DNA of 64,000 nt, taken from sequence record OP123707.1. One strand, written 5' to 3'. Both the position numbers and the translations under genes were made by a program. Below the pieces are notes generated by a model that searched no databases, had not been told where the DNA came from, and saw only the letters and a list, made by a program, of their open reading frames with translations. Of the stretch, positions 1 through 11,043 are shown piece by piece. Within the stretch, counting starts at the first letter, position 1; every line of letters begins with the position of its first letter.

Positions 1-2
1 CT

Positions 3-2093
3 GATGAAACATTGGTTTACTCTTTCCGAGTCAAATGGGATGATGTCCCAGTAAGAGCTCCAGCTGATTTCGTTTTGGATGAGATGAACTCAGAAGTGTT
101 CTTGTTGGATCAAGACATGGTGATGACGGGCCATCTAGTGGATGATCAAGGCGAGCGCATTCGCCCTAACAGTAACCTAGATGTTGAAGTAATGAATGTG
201 GAAGATGGATCGGATTCAGATTATCTTCAGATCATGCCAGATGGTTCATTCTCTTTCACTCTGACTCCAAGTCAAATCGGACAGATTACTTGTCACTGGA
301 TGTATTTAGAAAATAATCTAAAGACCACGGTTTACCCGGTTATCGAGAATGCGGCAATTCGTGTGTTACCATTGACAACGTTCTATCCACGTTATAACCG
401 ACCGGCAAATGTTTGTGCTTATGTGGTTGACCAAGATGGTAATCCAGTGAAAGGCGCACTCATTACGGTCGAGAGTTTCACTGCTGATATCATGAAGGGT
501 AAAACGGATGAACGCGGTTTAGTGTTCGTCGATACACCGTTTGTTACTCATGGGGATGATTCACCGGTAACTCATTCGGTGATGTTCTGCGATACCCGTG
601 TTTACACCGACATTAACTGGTTACCTAACGGTACTCGTGAAGCGAAAGAAGTTGTTGGTTTACACCGTGTTTATCCACAAGTAACCAAAGACGCTAAAGT
701 AGCGGTCGTAGTTACGGGTTATGATGAAACCGATCGATCTGCGGCAACACCGGTGCTTACGGTGTTTGATATGAATACCATGGAAACGGTTGCAGAGTTT
801 GGCGCGGGTGACGGAAGTAAACAGCGCTGGATAGATCTAGGTCCTTATCCAGTCGGTAAAAAGGAACTTTATGTTTGTATGGGTGCAGGTTACGGCAAGT
901 TCACTACTGAGTGGATTGATGGCATCTATGACCCAGTAACTGAAGAAACTTACCTTTACGAAAGCGGTGTTGCTCTCTTATCATCTGGCTGGGAAGACGG
1001 TGGTCGACTAAGAGCTGGTGATTTGGCATTCACTCCGGTGGATGGCGACATGATCTATGTAAGGGAACAGGGGACGGATAATGTTTTCTCATTCCCTATC
1101 AATAAAGATAGTAATGCGTCTTTTGACATACTCCTTACTGAAACTGTACCAGGAACTAAAGTCTATGACGTTTACCGCCAACCGGACCGAGTCCTCAAAA
1201 CAATCACATTGAAGTGGATTGAGTCAATCGAGCTTTCGATGTCTCCTGATACTTACCAACTGGCGTTAGCAGATGATTATCCATACATCGGTGTTTACGT
1301 AAAAGACCCAGATGGGGAATTGATTGGTAACATCAGGGTTGACATGTATGATGCAGATGACATGGAAAATTCCCTTCAGTATTCTACTAGTGAAGCGGGC
1401 GGTCCTTGTGAATTCTGGCCGGACCCTATTGAAGGCAAGCCGTCGGTTACGTACGTGTTTAAAGTTGGTGACACTACTTTGAATCACGTTATGACCTGGT
1501 CCGATAGTTGGGATAGTCCATTGGTTGGTTACAACTTCGACTATTACGCGGGTGGTGACGACGTACCAGTAAATAAACCAATCCGTATCTACGGTACTTT
1601 GGAAGATCAGAACGGAGGAATATTCCAAGGTGATGGTTCATTGTCTATTATGAATCAAGCCACCGGGATAGCCCAGCGTTTTGAAGGTGTTATAGACGAG
1701 AATGGTAAGTTTGACTTTGGCATGCCTGGACTTCCACAAGGTAAGTATAACTTCTCAATGTTCTCCGGTCACATGGTGGATTGGTTCCGAGTCACTACAG
1801 GAGACTTCCCGGATGTTTATGCCGCAACATTTATTGAAACACCACCAACAACGGGTAACATTAATTTCTACATGGAAGTTAAATGTCAATTGGTTGATTC
1901 AAACGGAGACCCTATTCAGGCGAATGGTATTCAAATTCGTCCTAGGTTATCGGGCGTGTATGTTCCTACAGTGTACTCTGACAATCTTGGTCAGTTTACC
2001 CTACGTTGGAAGAACACGAAATCAGGTGAACAAACACTGGACATCTGTACTTACTCATTGCGTCTCCTAGTGGACCATACATTCACAGTATAA
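3..2093 (+). CDS. Tandem Ig-like (Big/CarboxypepD_reg-like) repeat protein, probable virion fibre or decoration protein; 5'-truncated
   Basis: Frame is open from the window edge. Repeated ~90-100 aa beta-rich units with motifs VVDQDGNPVKG...TDERG and LVDSNGDPIQ...SDNLG. Acidic, ends in a beta strand (HTFTV). Confidence 0.6.
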   Translation, partial: DETLVYSFRVKWDDVPVRAPADFVLDEMNSEVFLLDQDMVMTGHLVDDQGERIRPNSNLDVEVMNVEDGSDSDYLQIMPDGSFSFTLTPSQIGQITCHWMYLENNLKTTVYPVIENAAIRVLPLTTFYPRYNRPANVCAYVVDQDGNPVKGALITVESFTADIMKGKTDERGLVFVDTPFVTHGDDSPVTHSVMFCDTRVYTDINWLPNGTREAKEVVGLHRVYPQVTKDAKVAVVVTGYDETDRSAATPVLTVFDMNTMETVAEFGAGDGSKQRWIDLGPYPVGKKELYVCMGAGYGKFTTEWIDGIYDPVTEETYLYESGVALLSSGWEDGGRLRAGDLAFTPVDGDMIYVREQGTDNVFSFPINKDSNASFDILLTETVPGTKVYDVYRQPDRVLKTITLKWIESIELSMSPDTYQLALADDYPYIGVYVKDPDGELIGNIRVDMYDADDMENSLQYSTSEAGGPCEFWPDPIEGKPSVTYVFKVGDTTLNHVMTWSDSWDSPLVGYNFDYYAGGDDVPVNKPIRIYGTLEDQNGGIFQGDGSLSIMNQATGIAQRFEGVIDENGKFDFGMPGLPQGKYNFSMFSGHMVDWFRVTTGDFPDVYAATFIETPPTTGNINFYMEVKCQLVDSNGDPIQANGIQIRPRLSGVYVPTVYSDNLGQFTLRWKNTKSGEQTLDICTYSLRLLVDHTFTV

Positions 2094-2100
2094 TAAAAAG

Positions 2101-2134
2101 AAAGTTACTCGGTGGGCATCCACCGAGTAAACTT
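2101..2134 (+). terminator. Intrinsic terminator-like hairpin
   Basis: 15-bp perfect stem AAAGTTACTCGGTGG-gcat-CCACCGAGTAACTTT just after the stop codon. Confidence 0.8.
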
Positions 2135-2244
2135 TACATAAAAAATAACTTTAATACATTTTATTTCGCTCAAACTTAGTCTTGACATTAAGACTTGTAT
2201 TAGGGGTAAATTGTTGTATTTTAATCATGGTTAAGTAGGAAAAT

Positions 2245-4524
2245 ATGACTACTACAATTGAAAGTAATTTAAATCACCCTATCGAACTCACTATTAAACG
2301 TGACGATGATCAACCGGATAGTACAGTTGTCACAAATCCTGATGGTAGTTGGGAAATGGACATTGGTCCCGTGGCGACATCCAGAAAAGTAAAATTCAGC
2401 TTTTATCATGGTGAGCAAAAAGCGGGCGAGCATTCGATTAGCTTCATCAATGCTCCCGTAAGCGCGGAAATATTGTCTGGGGCTTACCCAGTCATGGCCT
2501 TTGACCAAGAAGCCACCATCACTTACCAATTAAAAGATGCAGACGGTAACAACTACGTCGGTAGTGAAGGTGAATTTATTAAGATCGAATCTGTTGAGTC
2601 GGGTTACGTCCATCTTGATATTCCAATTCCAACAAATGGCATCATCGAGATACCGTGGAGTAAAACAAGTGTGGGCAGCGAAACTCACGTTTTAAAGAAC
2701 GGTCAAGATGGGACTTTAAACGAATACACTAACGAGTACGTCGTGGTGGGTGACTTGGGTTTCATGTATCATGACGAAGATCCTAAGTTAGGTGAACCCT
2801 GGACACTTTTTGGTTATGCGATGGACCGCAATGATGTTCCAATCGCTGGACTACCTATTCATGTGTACTCTTTAACCGAAGAATACCCGTATGACGAAAC
2901 ACTGACCACCGATGAGAGAGGATTAATTTCGATACTCCTGGATCCTCCGGAATCGTCAGAAGAGTTTGATGTTGAGTTAGAAATGTCAGCGGCTGGACAA
3001 ACTGATGATGTTTATTTAACGTGGGCGGATTATAATGACGGCGCACGTGGCTTCGTTGAACTGGACCCAACTCCTTCTGAAGTTGCTGAAGCTGATGGCA
3101 TCACTTTAACAGGCGTGGTTAAAGATGAAGGTGGTAACCCAATTCCTAATGGGAGGGTGCATTTTTATCGACTTGACCCAGGAAATAGTATTTATCACAA
3201 TGATACTTACACCACGGACGGGGATGGTCGATTTTCATTCGACACTTGGATCGATATGGGTAAGCAAACGTTTTTTATGGCAACGGATGAACATTTTGTT
3301 GCCAGAGACATTGCTGGGTTTGTTTCCCCTGAAATGGACATGCTTCAGTTGGGTGGGATTACTTTACCTTACCTTAAAGACTCTAAGGTCTCTGTTATTT
3401 ACCGAGATAAATTTGGTAACCTGGAAGCTGGGAAAACCATTACTTTTAGATACGACAGCGACACAGGACCCATCGCAGGAACGGTAGTTACTGACGAAAA
3501 TGGGTTGGCAGAATATCCGCTGGTGTGGGACGAAGTCCAAGACCACACGAAAATCTATGCCATCAGTGATGCGGATACTGGTGTTTCGATTATTGAAAAG
3601 GCTTCGATTAATGAAGTGGTTCCTGAGAACTTAAAAATAATCAATGCACCAGCTCGTTTACACCCTTATCAGAAAGCCTTCGTTTCAGGGTTTCTTATGG
3701 GGTCGGATGGGAAGCCATATAAAGTCCCCACTCAAATTAAAAATCATTGGGATGATTTTAATTGGACTGGGAGCACGGAAAGTGACGCGGACGGTTACTT
3801 TGAAATTAGCTTTAATCCGATGGAGTCCACGTCAGAAGACGGGAGTGAATACTTCTTAGGTATTAATCAGGGCATGTCACGCATTAAAATCGCGTGGGAT
3901 GACGGTAAAGCAGGCAGTTACCAAAGATTCAGATTCGACGCTCCTGATTTTCCAAATGGTATTGGACCATCACAAACGATCACACTGAATGGTAAAATGC
4001 GAGATGATATGTGGAACGTCCCACCGTTCTATGAAAGTGGGGCGTTGAAACTGATCGCTAAAGTTTACGTGGATGGCGATGAGTTATCAAGTCACAATGG
4101 TACTGTGAGGTCGGATGGAACCTTCATCATGGATATCACCACCCCGGCAACTATGGGGATGTTCGAGGTCTGGCTGACTACCGAAGACGGTAACCATGCC
4201 GACCGCATACCTTTATGGGTAGGTGGGCCAATGACGAAATCTTTGACCTTTACTAGACCGACTCCAGAGACCCTTCCACCTAATACCACTTACATTGATG
4301 TGGCGGGATATTTCAGAGATGAAAATAATCAACCTATTGTTAACCAATTTGTGACGATCTATGTGGAAGACCCACGATTCCCATACCCATCAGTAAGGGG
4401 GTCTGGTATCACGGATGAAGATGGTTTCTTTAGTACACAAATCTTTAATGGGGTTCCGGGTGACGTTAAAATTACAATCACTGCCGAACGTTATGAGGCA
4501 TCACACCTGATTACCGTCGTATAA
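2245..4524 (+). CDS. Tandem Ig-like repeat protein (759 aa)
   Basis: SD AGGA upstream. Repeats such as LKDADGNNY, VKDEGGNPIPNG...TDGDGRF and FRDENNQPIVN...TDEDGFF. Confidence 0.65.
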   Translation: MTTTIESNLNHPIELTIKRDDDQPDSTVVTNPDGSWEMDIGPVATSRKVKFSFYHGEQKAGEHSISFINAPVSAEILSGAYPVMAFDQEATITYQLKDADGNNYVGSEGEFIKIESVESGYVHLDIPIPTNGIIEIPWSKTSVGSETHVLKNGQDGTLNEYTNEYVVVGDLGFMYHDEDPKLGEPWTLFGYAMDRNDVPIAGLPIHVYSLTEEYPYDETLTTDERGLISILLDPPESSEEFDVELEMSAAGQTDDVYLTWADYNDGARGFVELDPTPSEVAEADGITLTGVVKDEGGNPIPNGRVHFYRLDPGNSIYHNDTYTTDGDGRFSFDTWIDMGKQTFFMATDEHFVARDIAGFVSPEMDMLQLGGITLPYLKDSKVSVIYRDKFGNLEAGKTITFRYDSDTGPIAGTVVTDENGLAEYPLVWDEVQDHTKIYAISDADTGVSIIEKASINEVVPENLKIINAPARLHPYQKAFVSGFLMGSDGKPYKVPTQIKNHWDDFNWTGSTESDADGYFEISFNPMESTSEDGSEYFLGINQGMSRIKIAWDDGKAGSYQRFRFDAPDFPNGIGPSQTITLNGKMRDDMWNVPPFYESGALKLIAKVYVDGDELSSHNGTVRSDGTFIMDITTPATMGMFEVWLTTEDGNHADRIPLWVGGPMTKSLTFTRPTPETLPPNTTYIDVAGYFRDENNQPIVNQFVTIYVEDPRFPYPSVRGSGITDEDGFFSTQIFNGVPGDVKITITAERYEASHLITVV

Positions 4525-4540
4525 CACAAAAAACTCAATT

Positions 4541-4563
4541 TGATGAGGGAACCCCCCTCATCA
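4541..4563 (+). terminator. Intrinsic terminator
   Basis: TGATGAGGG/CCCTCATCA stem followed by TTTTT. Confidence 0.75.
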
Positions 4564-4665
4564 TTTTTCAATAACATGAGTATAGTCTCAGGTAATCGAT
4601 GGGACTGCTGTTGCTTAGAGGGTACACAATGAAGTAGTAGTAATATAACACAAAAGGAAACAGAC

Positions 4666-7227
4666 ATGGCAGGATTAGTAAAAGGGGCCTTATTAGAAGG
4701 CAGTGTTAAATACATCCCTGACGAGCCTTTAACGTTGGTGTTGAAACGAGATGACGGTGAACCTGATGTCAACGTGGTCACTGATGACCAAGGTGCTTGG
4801 AAAGTGTTGGTCGGATCGTTAAACCCAGGCGTGGTAAACTTTACGTTTTACCTAGATGGTGTGTCGTTGGGCTCCAATGCAATTAACTTTGTTACTTGTA
4901 CTGGGATTCAATACTTACCATTCTCGGATGACCGTTTGCCACAAGGTCACGACGCTCACGTTTATGTTGTGGTGTTGGATGGTGCGGGTGAACGTCTTGC
5001 TGGCGCTGGTGTTGAGTTTAAGAACGAAGACACTGGTGAGTCGCTGGGTACGGGTGTAACCGATCACTTGGGGATTGCTGATGTAGTCATTCCAGGTTTG
5101 GAAGCACCGGGTTCACTCAATGTGAAGACCAGTAGCGGGGCATTCTCTGCGTCAGGCACAATCACATGGCATGACGGAACTGAAGCCACTCCAATGGACG
5201 TGAAGGAATTCGCGTACACCACGGAAGTGAACTCTGCGTTAGCGGGTACGATTGTAGGTCGTGTGGTGGATCAAAATGATCAACCGGTAGAAAACGCAAC
5301 ATTCGAACTTTATGACTTGGATGACTTAGCGGCAAATACCATCGACCTTTACACTCATCCAGGGGATTGGGTGCAACACACCGTACCGGTTGAAACCGAA
5401 GGCACTCACGAGTACATGGCTTACGTTGGCGGTGTTAAACGTCGCGTTACTATGGACTGGGGTGCTGGTTATGAAAACGTGGTTCCTGTAACAGCTGAGT
5501 TGTTATCAGACATCGACTGTATCTTCCCTTACGACGCTGCACCGGTTCTTAAGTATGCGCTTAAAGATGGTGACGGTAATAGTATCGGTAGTGCTGGCTT
5601 CGAGTTTTGTCGTATCGGTGAAACGTGGGATGGTTGGTCGCGTAACACCATGAGTGGCCCAGACGGTATCGTTACCGCACCGTTGAGCTGGCGTGTGATC
5701 ACAAGCCGTACGTTTAACCTCAGAAGTAATGTGGGGAACACTACGTTGTGGTCTTCTCAGATCTTCTTTGATGCGGTGAAGGGTCCAGTGGAAGCGTGGA
5801 AGACTCAAAACCCTAAAGTCAATGAAGCGGGTAAACTTGGGTTTGTTATCCGAGACATGAACGACCGTCCAATTGACGGTAAGATGTATGTCAAGCTTTT
5901 GGAAACAACCCCAGGGAACATCAACTCTGTTGAAGCTAAGAGTAATGAGTTTGGCGTGGTGGAATTCACAGTTCCTTATGTCGATGGGTTCGATAATCGT
6001 ACATTCAAGGCAATCATCCCGGGTGCAGCTGAAGCCGATGCTTCACTTACTTGGGTAAATGATGCGAGCTTAGTTCCTACCACGATCAACGTAGATCCAC
6101 TGGGTGCGGAGTTCGACCAAACAGTGGGTGTGACGATTACTGGTACGTTGTTGGATCAAAACGGTGACCCGATTGCGGGAGCGATCACGGTTTACGATTC
6201 GGTGCGAAAAGGTAGCGTTGTAGAAAACACTAACCCTGACGGAACGTTCAGTTTCGTTTACAATGGGGAACGTGGACAACACCACTTATTCATCCAGTCT
6301 GGTAATGCAGTTGTTGAGCACCGATTCCTTGGTAAGGGTGTGCGTACTTTGGAATTCATTCCAGGCACAACCGAAGTCATTCCTTACAACTCATTCGCGT
6401 ACTTCGCAACACGAGTTCGTGATGAGTATGGTAATGACATTCCTAGCTCCAACATCCAGTACTTCTGGGATGCGGAGTTAACGGAAGCCGCTGGTTCGGT
6501 GGGCACGTTCAGTAAACGCGTTTCTAAACTCAACGTATCTTGGTCTAACTCGAATGGACGTTCTGAGATCTATGCGGTGTTTGAAGATCTTGTAGCTTCT
6601 CATTCGTTCACTCGTACTGCTGCGCTGGAAGACTTGAACTACAAAGTTTTGGTCTCTAAGAACTCGTCTTACTTACCTCCTCGTAACATGGGTCATATCG
6701 GCGGGATCATTTCGAATAATGCTGGTGTTCCTATTTCAGATCCATTCACCATCAGAATCTACGATCCAGTCGCGGATACTTTGGATGTATACGACAATGT
6801 CCTGGATGCGAATGGTCGCTTTAAGGTTCCTATTCTTCCTAAGAAACACGACAGCAACCGTAAGTTGTATGTTTCGTTTGGTGGGATCTTATGGGAAATG
6901 AGTATGGAATACGACCACACCAACTGGATGGAACCTTACGGGGAAGCGGTCTTAGATCCTATTCCGGACATCACAGCCAACGTTGCGTTTGACATCACCG
7001 GTACGATGAAGAACCAAGATGGTAGTGCGTGGACAGGATCCGGCGGGAACCTATTGATGCGAGTTGAAATTTATCAAGGTGGTTCTTACTTAGGTAATAA
7101 GTCTGGGTACGTCGGGGAAGATGGTCGATTCACTATCAGTCCAACAATTACTGCCGCTGGTAACTACCAGCTATGGTTAATGACTTCCGACAGTGATTTC
7201 TTTGAAATTATTGACGTGACAGTTTAA
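4666..7227 (+). CDS. Tandem Ig-like repeat protein (853 aa)
   Basis: SD AAGGA upstream. Repeats VLDGAGERLAGA...TDHLG, VVDQNDQPVEN, LLDQNGDPIAG...NPDGTF and VRDEYGNDIP. Confidence 0.65.
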   Translation: MAGLVKGALLEGSVKYIPDEPLTLVLKRDDGEPDVNVVTDDQGAWKVLVGSLNPGVVNFTFYLDGVSLGSNAINFVTCTGIQYLPFSDDRLPQGHDAHVYVVVLDGAGERLAGAGVEFKNEDTGESLGTGVTDHLGIADVVIPGLEAPGSLNVKTSSGAFSASGTITWHDGTEATPMDVKEFAYTTEVNSALAGTIVGRVVDQNDQPVENATFELYDLDDLAANTIDLYTHPGDWVQHTVPVETEGTHEYMAYVGGVKRRVTMDWGAGYENVVPVTAELLSDIDCIFPYDAAPVLKYALKDGDGNSIGSAGFEFCRIGETWDGWSRNTMSGPDGIVTAPLSWRVITSRTFNLRSNVGNTTLWSSQIFFDAVKGPVEAWKTQNPKVNEAGKLGFVIRDMNDRPIDGKMYVKLLETTPGNINSVEAKSNEFGVVEFTVPYVDGFDNRTFKAIIPGAAEADASLTWVNDASLVPTTINVDPLGAEFDQTVGVTITGTLLDQNGDPIAGAITVYDSVRKGSVVENTNPDGTFSFVYNGERGQHHLFIQSGNAVVEHRFLGKGVRTLEFIPGTTEVIPYNSFAYFATRVRDEYGNDIPSSNIQYFWDAELTEAAGSVGTFSKRVSKLNVSWSNSNGRSEIYAVFEDLVASHSFTRTAALEDLNYKVLVSKNSSYLPPRNMGHIGGIISNNAGVPISDPFTIRIYDPVADTLDVYDNVLDANGRFKVPILPKKHDSNRKLYVSFGGILWEMSMEYDHTNWMEPYGEAVLDPIPDITANVAFDITGTMKNQDGSAWTGSGGNLLMRVEIYQGGSYLGNKSGYVGEDGRFTISPTITAAGNYQLWLMTSDSDFFEIIDVTV

Positions 7228-7248
7228 ACCATGATTTAACTGAAGTAT

Positions 7249-7279
7249 AAATAATCAGGGACTTAGTCCCTGATTATTT
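7249..7279 (+). terminator. Intrinsic terminator
   Basis: 14-bp stem AAATAATCAGGGAC/GTCCCTGATTATTT followed by a T-rich tail. Confidence 0.8.
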
Positions 7280-7388
7280 ATTTTCACTCATTTATTAAAA
7301 TTAATTGTAAAGGGGACGTTCATGAATTCGTAGAAGTCTAGTTGTAACGAACAATGGACACACCCTTAGGGTAAAGAAGGAATTTATT

Positions 7389-10300
7389 ATGGCAACTATT
7401 GTCATTAACAGTATTTTAGACGCTGACGGCAATCCAGTAACTCTGGCTGGGTCCGGGATCATCACCGGGGTACGAAGTGATGGTGAACCTGATATTACAG
7501 TAACGCCCAATCCTGATGGTACGTGGTCTTTTGACTTCACGGCTACTCAACCGGGTAACTGTGTTATTTCTTTTATGTATGGTGACGTTAAGATCACCGA
7601 ATACGTTATGAAGTTTGTCGATGATGTTACGGTCATCATTCTTCCTAGAACGACCGCTGAGGTACTTCAAGGTACTAATGGGTTAATTGCATGTCAAATC
7701 ACTGACGACGAAGGTACGGTCATTCCTAACGTCCCTGTGCAGTTCTTTGAACCAGTGCAAGGTAGTGAACCTCTAGAAACACTCACTACCAACTCACTCG
7801 GGGAAGTTGAGTGGACCGTCTCCTCCATCAATGGGGTTGGAGAAGAAAGTTTAGGTGCTCGTAATTTTGAAATTGTGGCGGCGCAACAAACGGTCGTGCA
7901 GTCAATCACGTGGATTGTGACAATACCCGAATTCGCTAAATTGAATGTGCTTTGGCACAGTAGCACCAGTGTTAACCCTGGTCAATTAACGTCTTTAGCT
8001 TCTGGAGCTTACACCAGTGGTTGGGATGGTGTCGGGGGTGTTCCTATTGAACTCTGGGACGACAACAACAATGTTAAGGTTTCAGAAGGGACAACCGATG
8101 TAGGTGGTGAGTTTTATTACGAGCGTTTTGAAGGGCAGTCTATTAATGACCCAAATCTAGCGCCTGATAAATACTCAGTGAAGGTAGGGGATGAATACAA
8201 CACCCATTGGGTTTATCGTAACATCGAATACCCTATTGCTGATACGTGGGTGGACGTAGTAGCTCCTGATGTAATACCAGCGGGCAAGACCGCTTACTTG
8301 ACAGCCAAGGCACTAGAGCGCAATGGGAACCCATCTGTTGAAGATTCAATGATGGCATGGATTGCGGGAGAGGCTACCACCGACGGTTGGTCGACTGCCT
8401 TTTATAAAGGGGAAGCGGGACTCAGACTTCCAGTACTTCCAGTGGGAACCCATAAGTTGGTTATCCATGAGTACACTTACGGCGGGGCATTCCTACCTAT
8501 CGAAGTTACGGTGTCTGATCAAGTAACACCAAGTGTTGCATCCGGTATTGTGATCGACGAAAACCACAGCACACGTTTTGCTGCGGCATCTCATAGCGTT
8601 CCTATTATTGGACACTTATTGGACGAGAACGGAGACGTCTTAAAACCGAACTGGATGTTGAACCTTAAAGCTAAAAACTTAGCTACCGGCAGCTCTTACG
8701 CGTTCAAAGTCAAACCTGATGGTACATTTGAAGTTAACGTCAGAGGAACGAACGAAGGTGCTAACAACATTGAGTTCTATGACGCAGACACAAACGTGGT
8801 CTTGGGTGAAGTTTACGCTTTTGAGGTGAAGTCGAATATGGTGGCGGAACTTTCAGCTTGCGCGACTATCCGTCCTGTTTCCGGTGAACCGGCAACACTT
8901 ATTGCTCGTGCAGTAGACTCAGGTGGCAATCCAGTTAAAGGGGCTTATGTCCAGATTAAAAATGTGGGCAACAAGTATGACGTGTACGATGAAGGGATTA
9001 CTGATGAGAATGGGTACATTGAAGTTAAGTTGTACGATTACAAACTTTATCCTTCGATGACGTTCCAAACTCGATTTAAATCCACTTATGGTGCGGTTCA
9101 AATCCCAGTTGGGTGGGCGCAGGAAGGTGAATTGACAGCTTCACAATTCACTAATCTTTCAATTCCAGAAGGTGTTCCGCCTGGAACAGAGTTTACGTTC
9201 ACTGGTAAAATAGCCGATCAAAATGGAGACCCATATCCAGGAAGTCAGGTTATTGTTCTGGATAAGAAAGAAGGTGTTGAGGTAAGTGCAACGGTTCAAG
9301 CCGATGGTACTTTCTCGGCGACACTTACCCCCACAGTAGAAGGTCCACATCCACTGGTGATTGCGGGCAATGGTGTAATTGCTCGTCATGAACTTAATGT
9401 CAGTAATCCTAAATTAGATGTACTTGATAATTCACCTACTTGGGTTGGTGCCGGGATAGATGGTAACATATACGCGGCAGTGGTTGAGAGTGATGGAACC
9501 CCAGTTCCAAATACCACCATTGACTTTTACGCCTCAACATATGACTCTTCTCCAACGCAAACTATCGTAACGGATGAGACGGGTATTGCACACTTTGTTA
9601 TTCCAGCGGAAGATCCTGTTTGGGGCGGAATCAACTTAGGGGAATATACGTATAAATTAGGGTGGGGTTCGGAAACGAAATTGTGGAGAATCACATGGCA
9701 TGAGGTGGAAGGTCCGTTGTATCAAATCTGGGAAGCACCGTACAGCACTAAACGTGGTTCGTATGGCGCAACCAGTGAGATAATTGCAGCGAGTGCGCGC
9801 TCAGCCAGTGGTTTCCCAATGCCAGGTGAAACCTTAACGTTGCACGAAAGGGATACTGATGCTTTATTGGGAACCGCAGTAACTGACCAATATGGTTATG
9901 CGGAATTCACCATCAGTTCACCGACTAGTGATCCAGAAGATCAAACTGTGAGTACTTATGAATACTACGTGTTCAAGTCAGGAGATGAAAGTATAAGTCT
10001 CGAGGTTGATTTACGCCGTGACAAATGGCTCACTACAGTTCCTGGTGGAATAGAGAATATTCAGGTCCCTACAGAGATCCCAGTAGGTAAGAAGGTTATG
10101 ATTGGTGCGGATTTACTTGATGTCTATGGTAAACCATTGCCGAATCCTGTTGGGTTCTCCACTTGGTCTAAGGAACAAGATGAGTCATTATTTGGTTTAG
10201 GAAGCGGTACCAGTGGTCTTTACAATCATGCTTTGACTTTGGTTAACACCAACAACTTACCGGTTGGGACTCACAGTCTTATTCTTTATGGTGGGTTGAG

Positions 10301-10955
10301 CAATGGTCCACTCGCAGAGATTGAACTAAACATCTCTGATACTGTGGTAGCTTCGGAAATGGGTAATATCGTATTTGACGGTAACAACCCGACTGTCGCC
10401 CGGAAAAATCAAAAGTTCACGATCTGGGGTAGGGCTTTAGATGTGAATGGCGACCCGATAGAAATCAACCATTATTCACGTGTTAGTGGAAAACATACCG
10501 TAGAAGGCAGAGGTAGTTACGGAAGAGTTAATCCAGATGGCACCTTTACAATGCAATTAGATACTTATACTCTTGGAACAGCCGTGTACGAGTTCCATGA
10601 TTACGTCCATGAAGACGGGTGGGTTTTCCCACAAACTTTTAGTATCGAGATCCGTGATGATATTTTGGCGGACATGACGGACGGACCTGCTCTTAACCCA
10701 GCTTATGGGGAAACGGTCACGCTTACCGCTCGCGTTCTGGATGATTTAGGAAACCCAGTCGCAGGCGTGATGGTACCTTTCATTGATTGGGCAACAGGCA
10801 AACAATGGGGACATGGCATATCTGATGCCGACGGTTATGCAAGTTTTGATTTAATTCATCGTGAACAATACACGTCGATTGAGTTTTACACCAAACTTAG
10901 TAGCACCACCGCTTCAGTAAACAGAACCACTGTTACTTGGGCTGATCCTGTCTAA
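7389..10955 (+). CDS. Tandem Ig-like repeat protein (1188 aa)
   Basis: SD AAGGA upstream. About 11-12 repeats of the hxhxDxxGxPhxG...TDxxG type. Confidence 0.65.
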   Translation: MATIVINSILDADGNPVTLAGSGIITGVRSDGEPDITVTPNPDGTWSFDFTATQPGNCVISFMYGDVKITEYVMKFVDDVTVIILPRTTAEVLQGTNGLIACQITDDEGTVIPNVPVQFFEPVQGSEPLETLTTNSLGEVEWTVSSINGVGEESLGARNFEIVAAQQTVVQSITWIVTIPEFAKLNVLWHSSTSVNPGQLTSLASGAYTSGWDGVGGVPIELWDDNNNVKVSEGTTDVGGEFYYERFEGQSINDPNLAPDKYSVKVGDEYNTHWVYRNIEYPIADTWVDVVAPDVIPAGKTAYLTAKALERNGNPSVEDSMMAWIAGEATTDGWSTAFYKGEAGLRLPVLPVGTHKLVIHEYTYGGAFLPIEVTVSDQVTPSVASGIVIDENHSTRFAAASHSVPIIGHLLDENGDVLKPNWMLNLKAKNLATGSSYAFKVKPDGTFEVNVRGTNEGANNIEFYDADTNVVLGEVYAFEVKSNMVAELSACATIRPVSGEPATLIARAVDSGGNPVKGAYVQIKNVGNKYDVYDEGITDENGYIEVKLYDYKLYPSMTFQTRFKSTYGAVQIPVGWAQEGELTASQFTNLSIPEGVPPGTEFTFTGKIADQNGDPYPGSQVIVLDKKEGVEVSATVQADGTFSATLTPTVEGPHPLVIAGNGVIARHELNVSNPKLDVLDNSPTWVGAGIDGNIYAAVVESDGTPVPNTTIDFYASTYDSSPTQTIVTDETGIAHFVIPAEDPVWGGINLGEYTYKLGWGSETKLWRITWHEVEGPLYQIWEAPYSTKRGSYGATSEIIAASARSASGFPMPGETLTLHERDTDALLGTAVTDQYGYAEFTISSPTSDPEDQTVSTYEYYVFKSGDESISLEVDLRRDKWLTTVPGGIENIQVPTEIPVGKKVMIGADLLDVYGKPLPNPVGFSTWSKEQDESLFGLGSGTSGLYNHALTLVNTNNLPVGTHSLILYGGLSNGPLAEIELNISDTVVASEMGNIVFDGNNPTVARKNQKFTIWGRALDVNGDPIEINHYSRVSGKHTVEGRGSYGRVNPDGTFTMQLDTYTLGTAVYEFHDYVHEDGWVFPQTFSIEIRDDILADMTDGPALNPAYGETVTLTARVLDDLGNPVAGVMVPFIDWATGKQWGHGISDADGYASFDLIHREQYTSIEFYTKLSSTTASVNRTTVTWADPV

Positions 10956-10966
10956 CTAAAAAAAAC

Positions 10967-11000
10967 ATAACCGAGTGGAGTGAAAGCTCCACTCGGTTAT
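10967..11000 (+). terminator. Intrinsic terminator
   Basis: 14-bp stem ATAACCGAGTGGAG/CTCCACTCGGTTAT. Confidence 0.75.
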
Positions 11001-11043
11001 TTATGCATCGTATAGAGCCCTAGCCATTAAGCAAGGAGTTATC

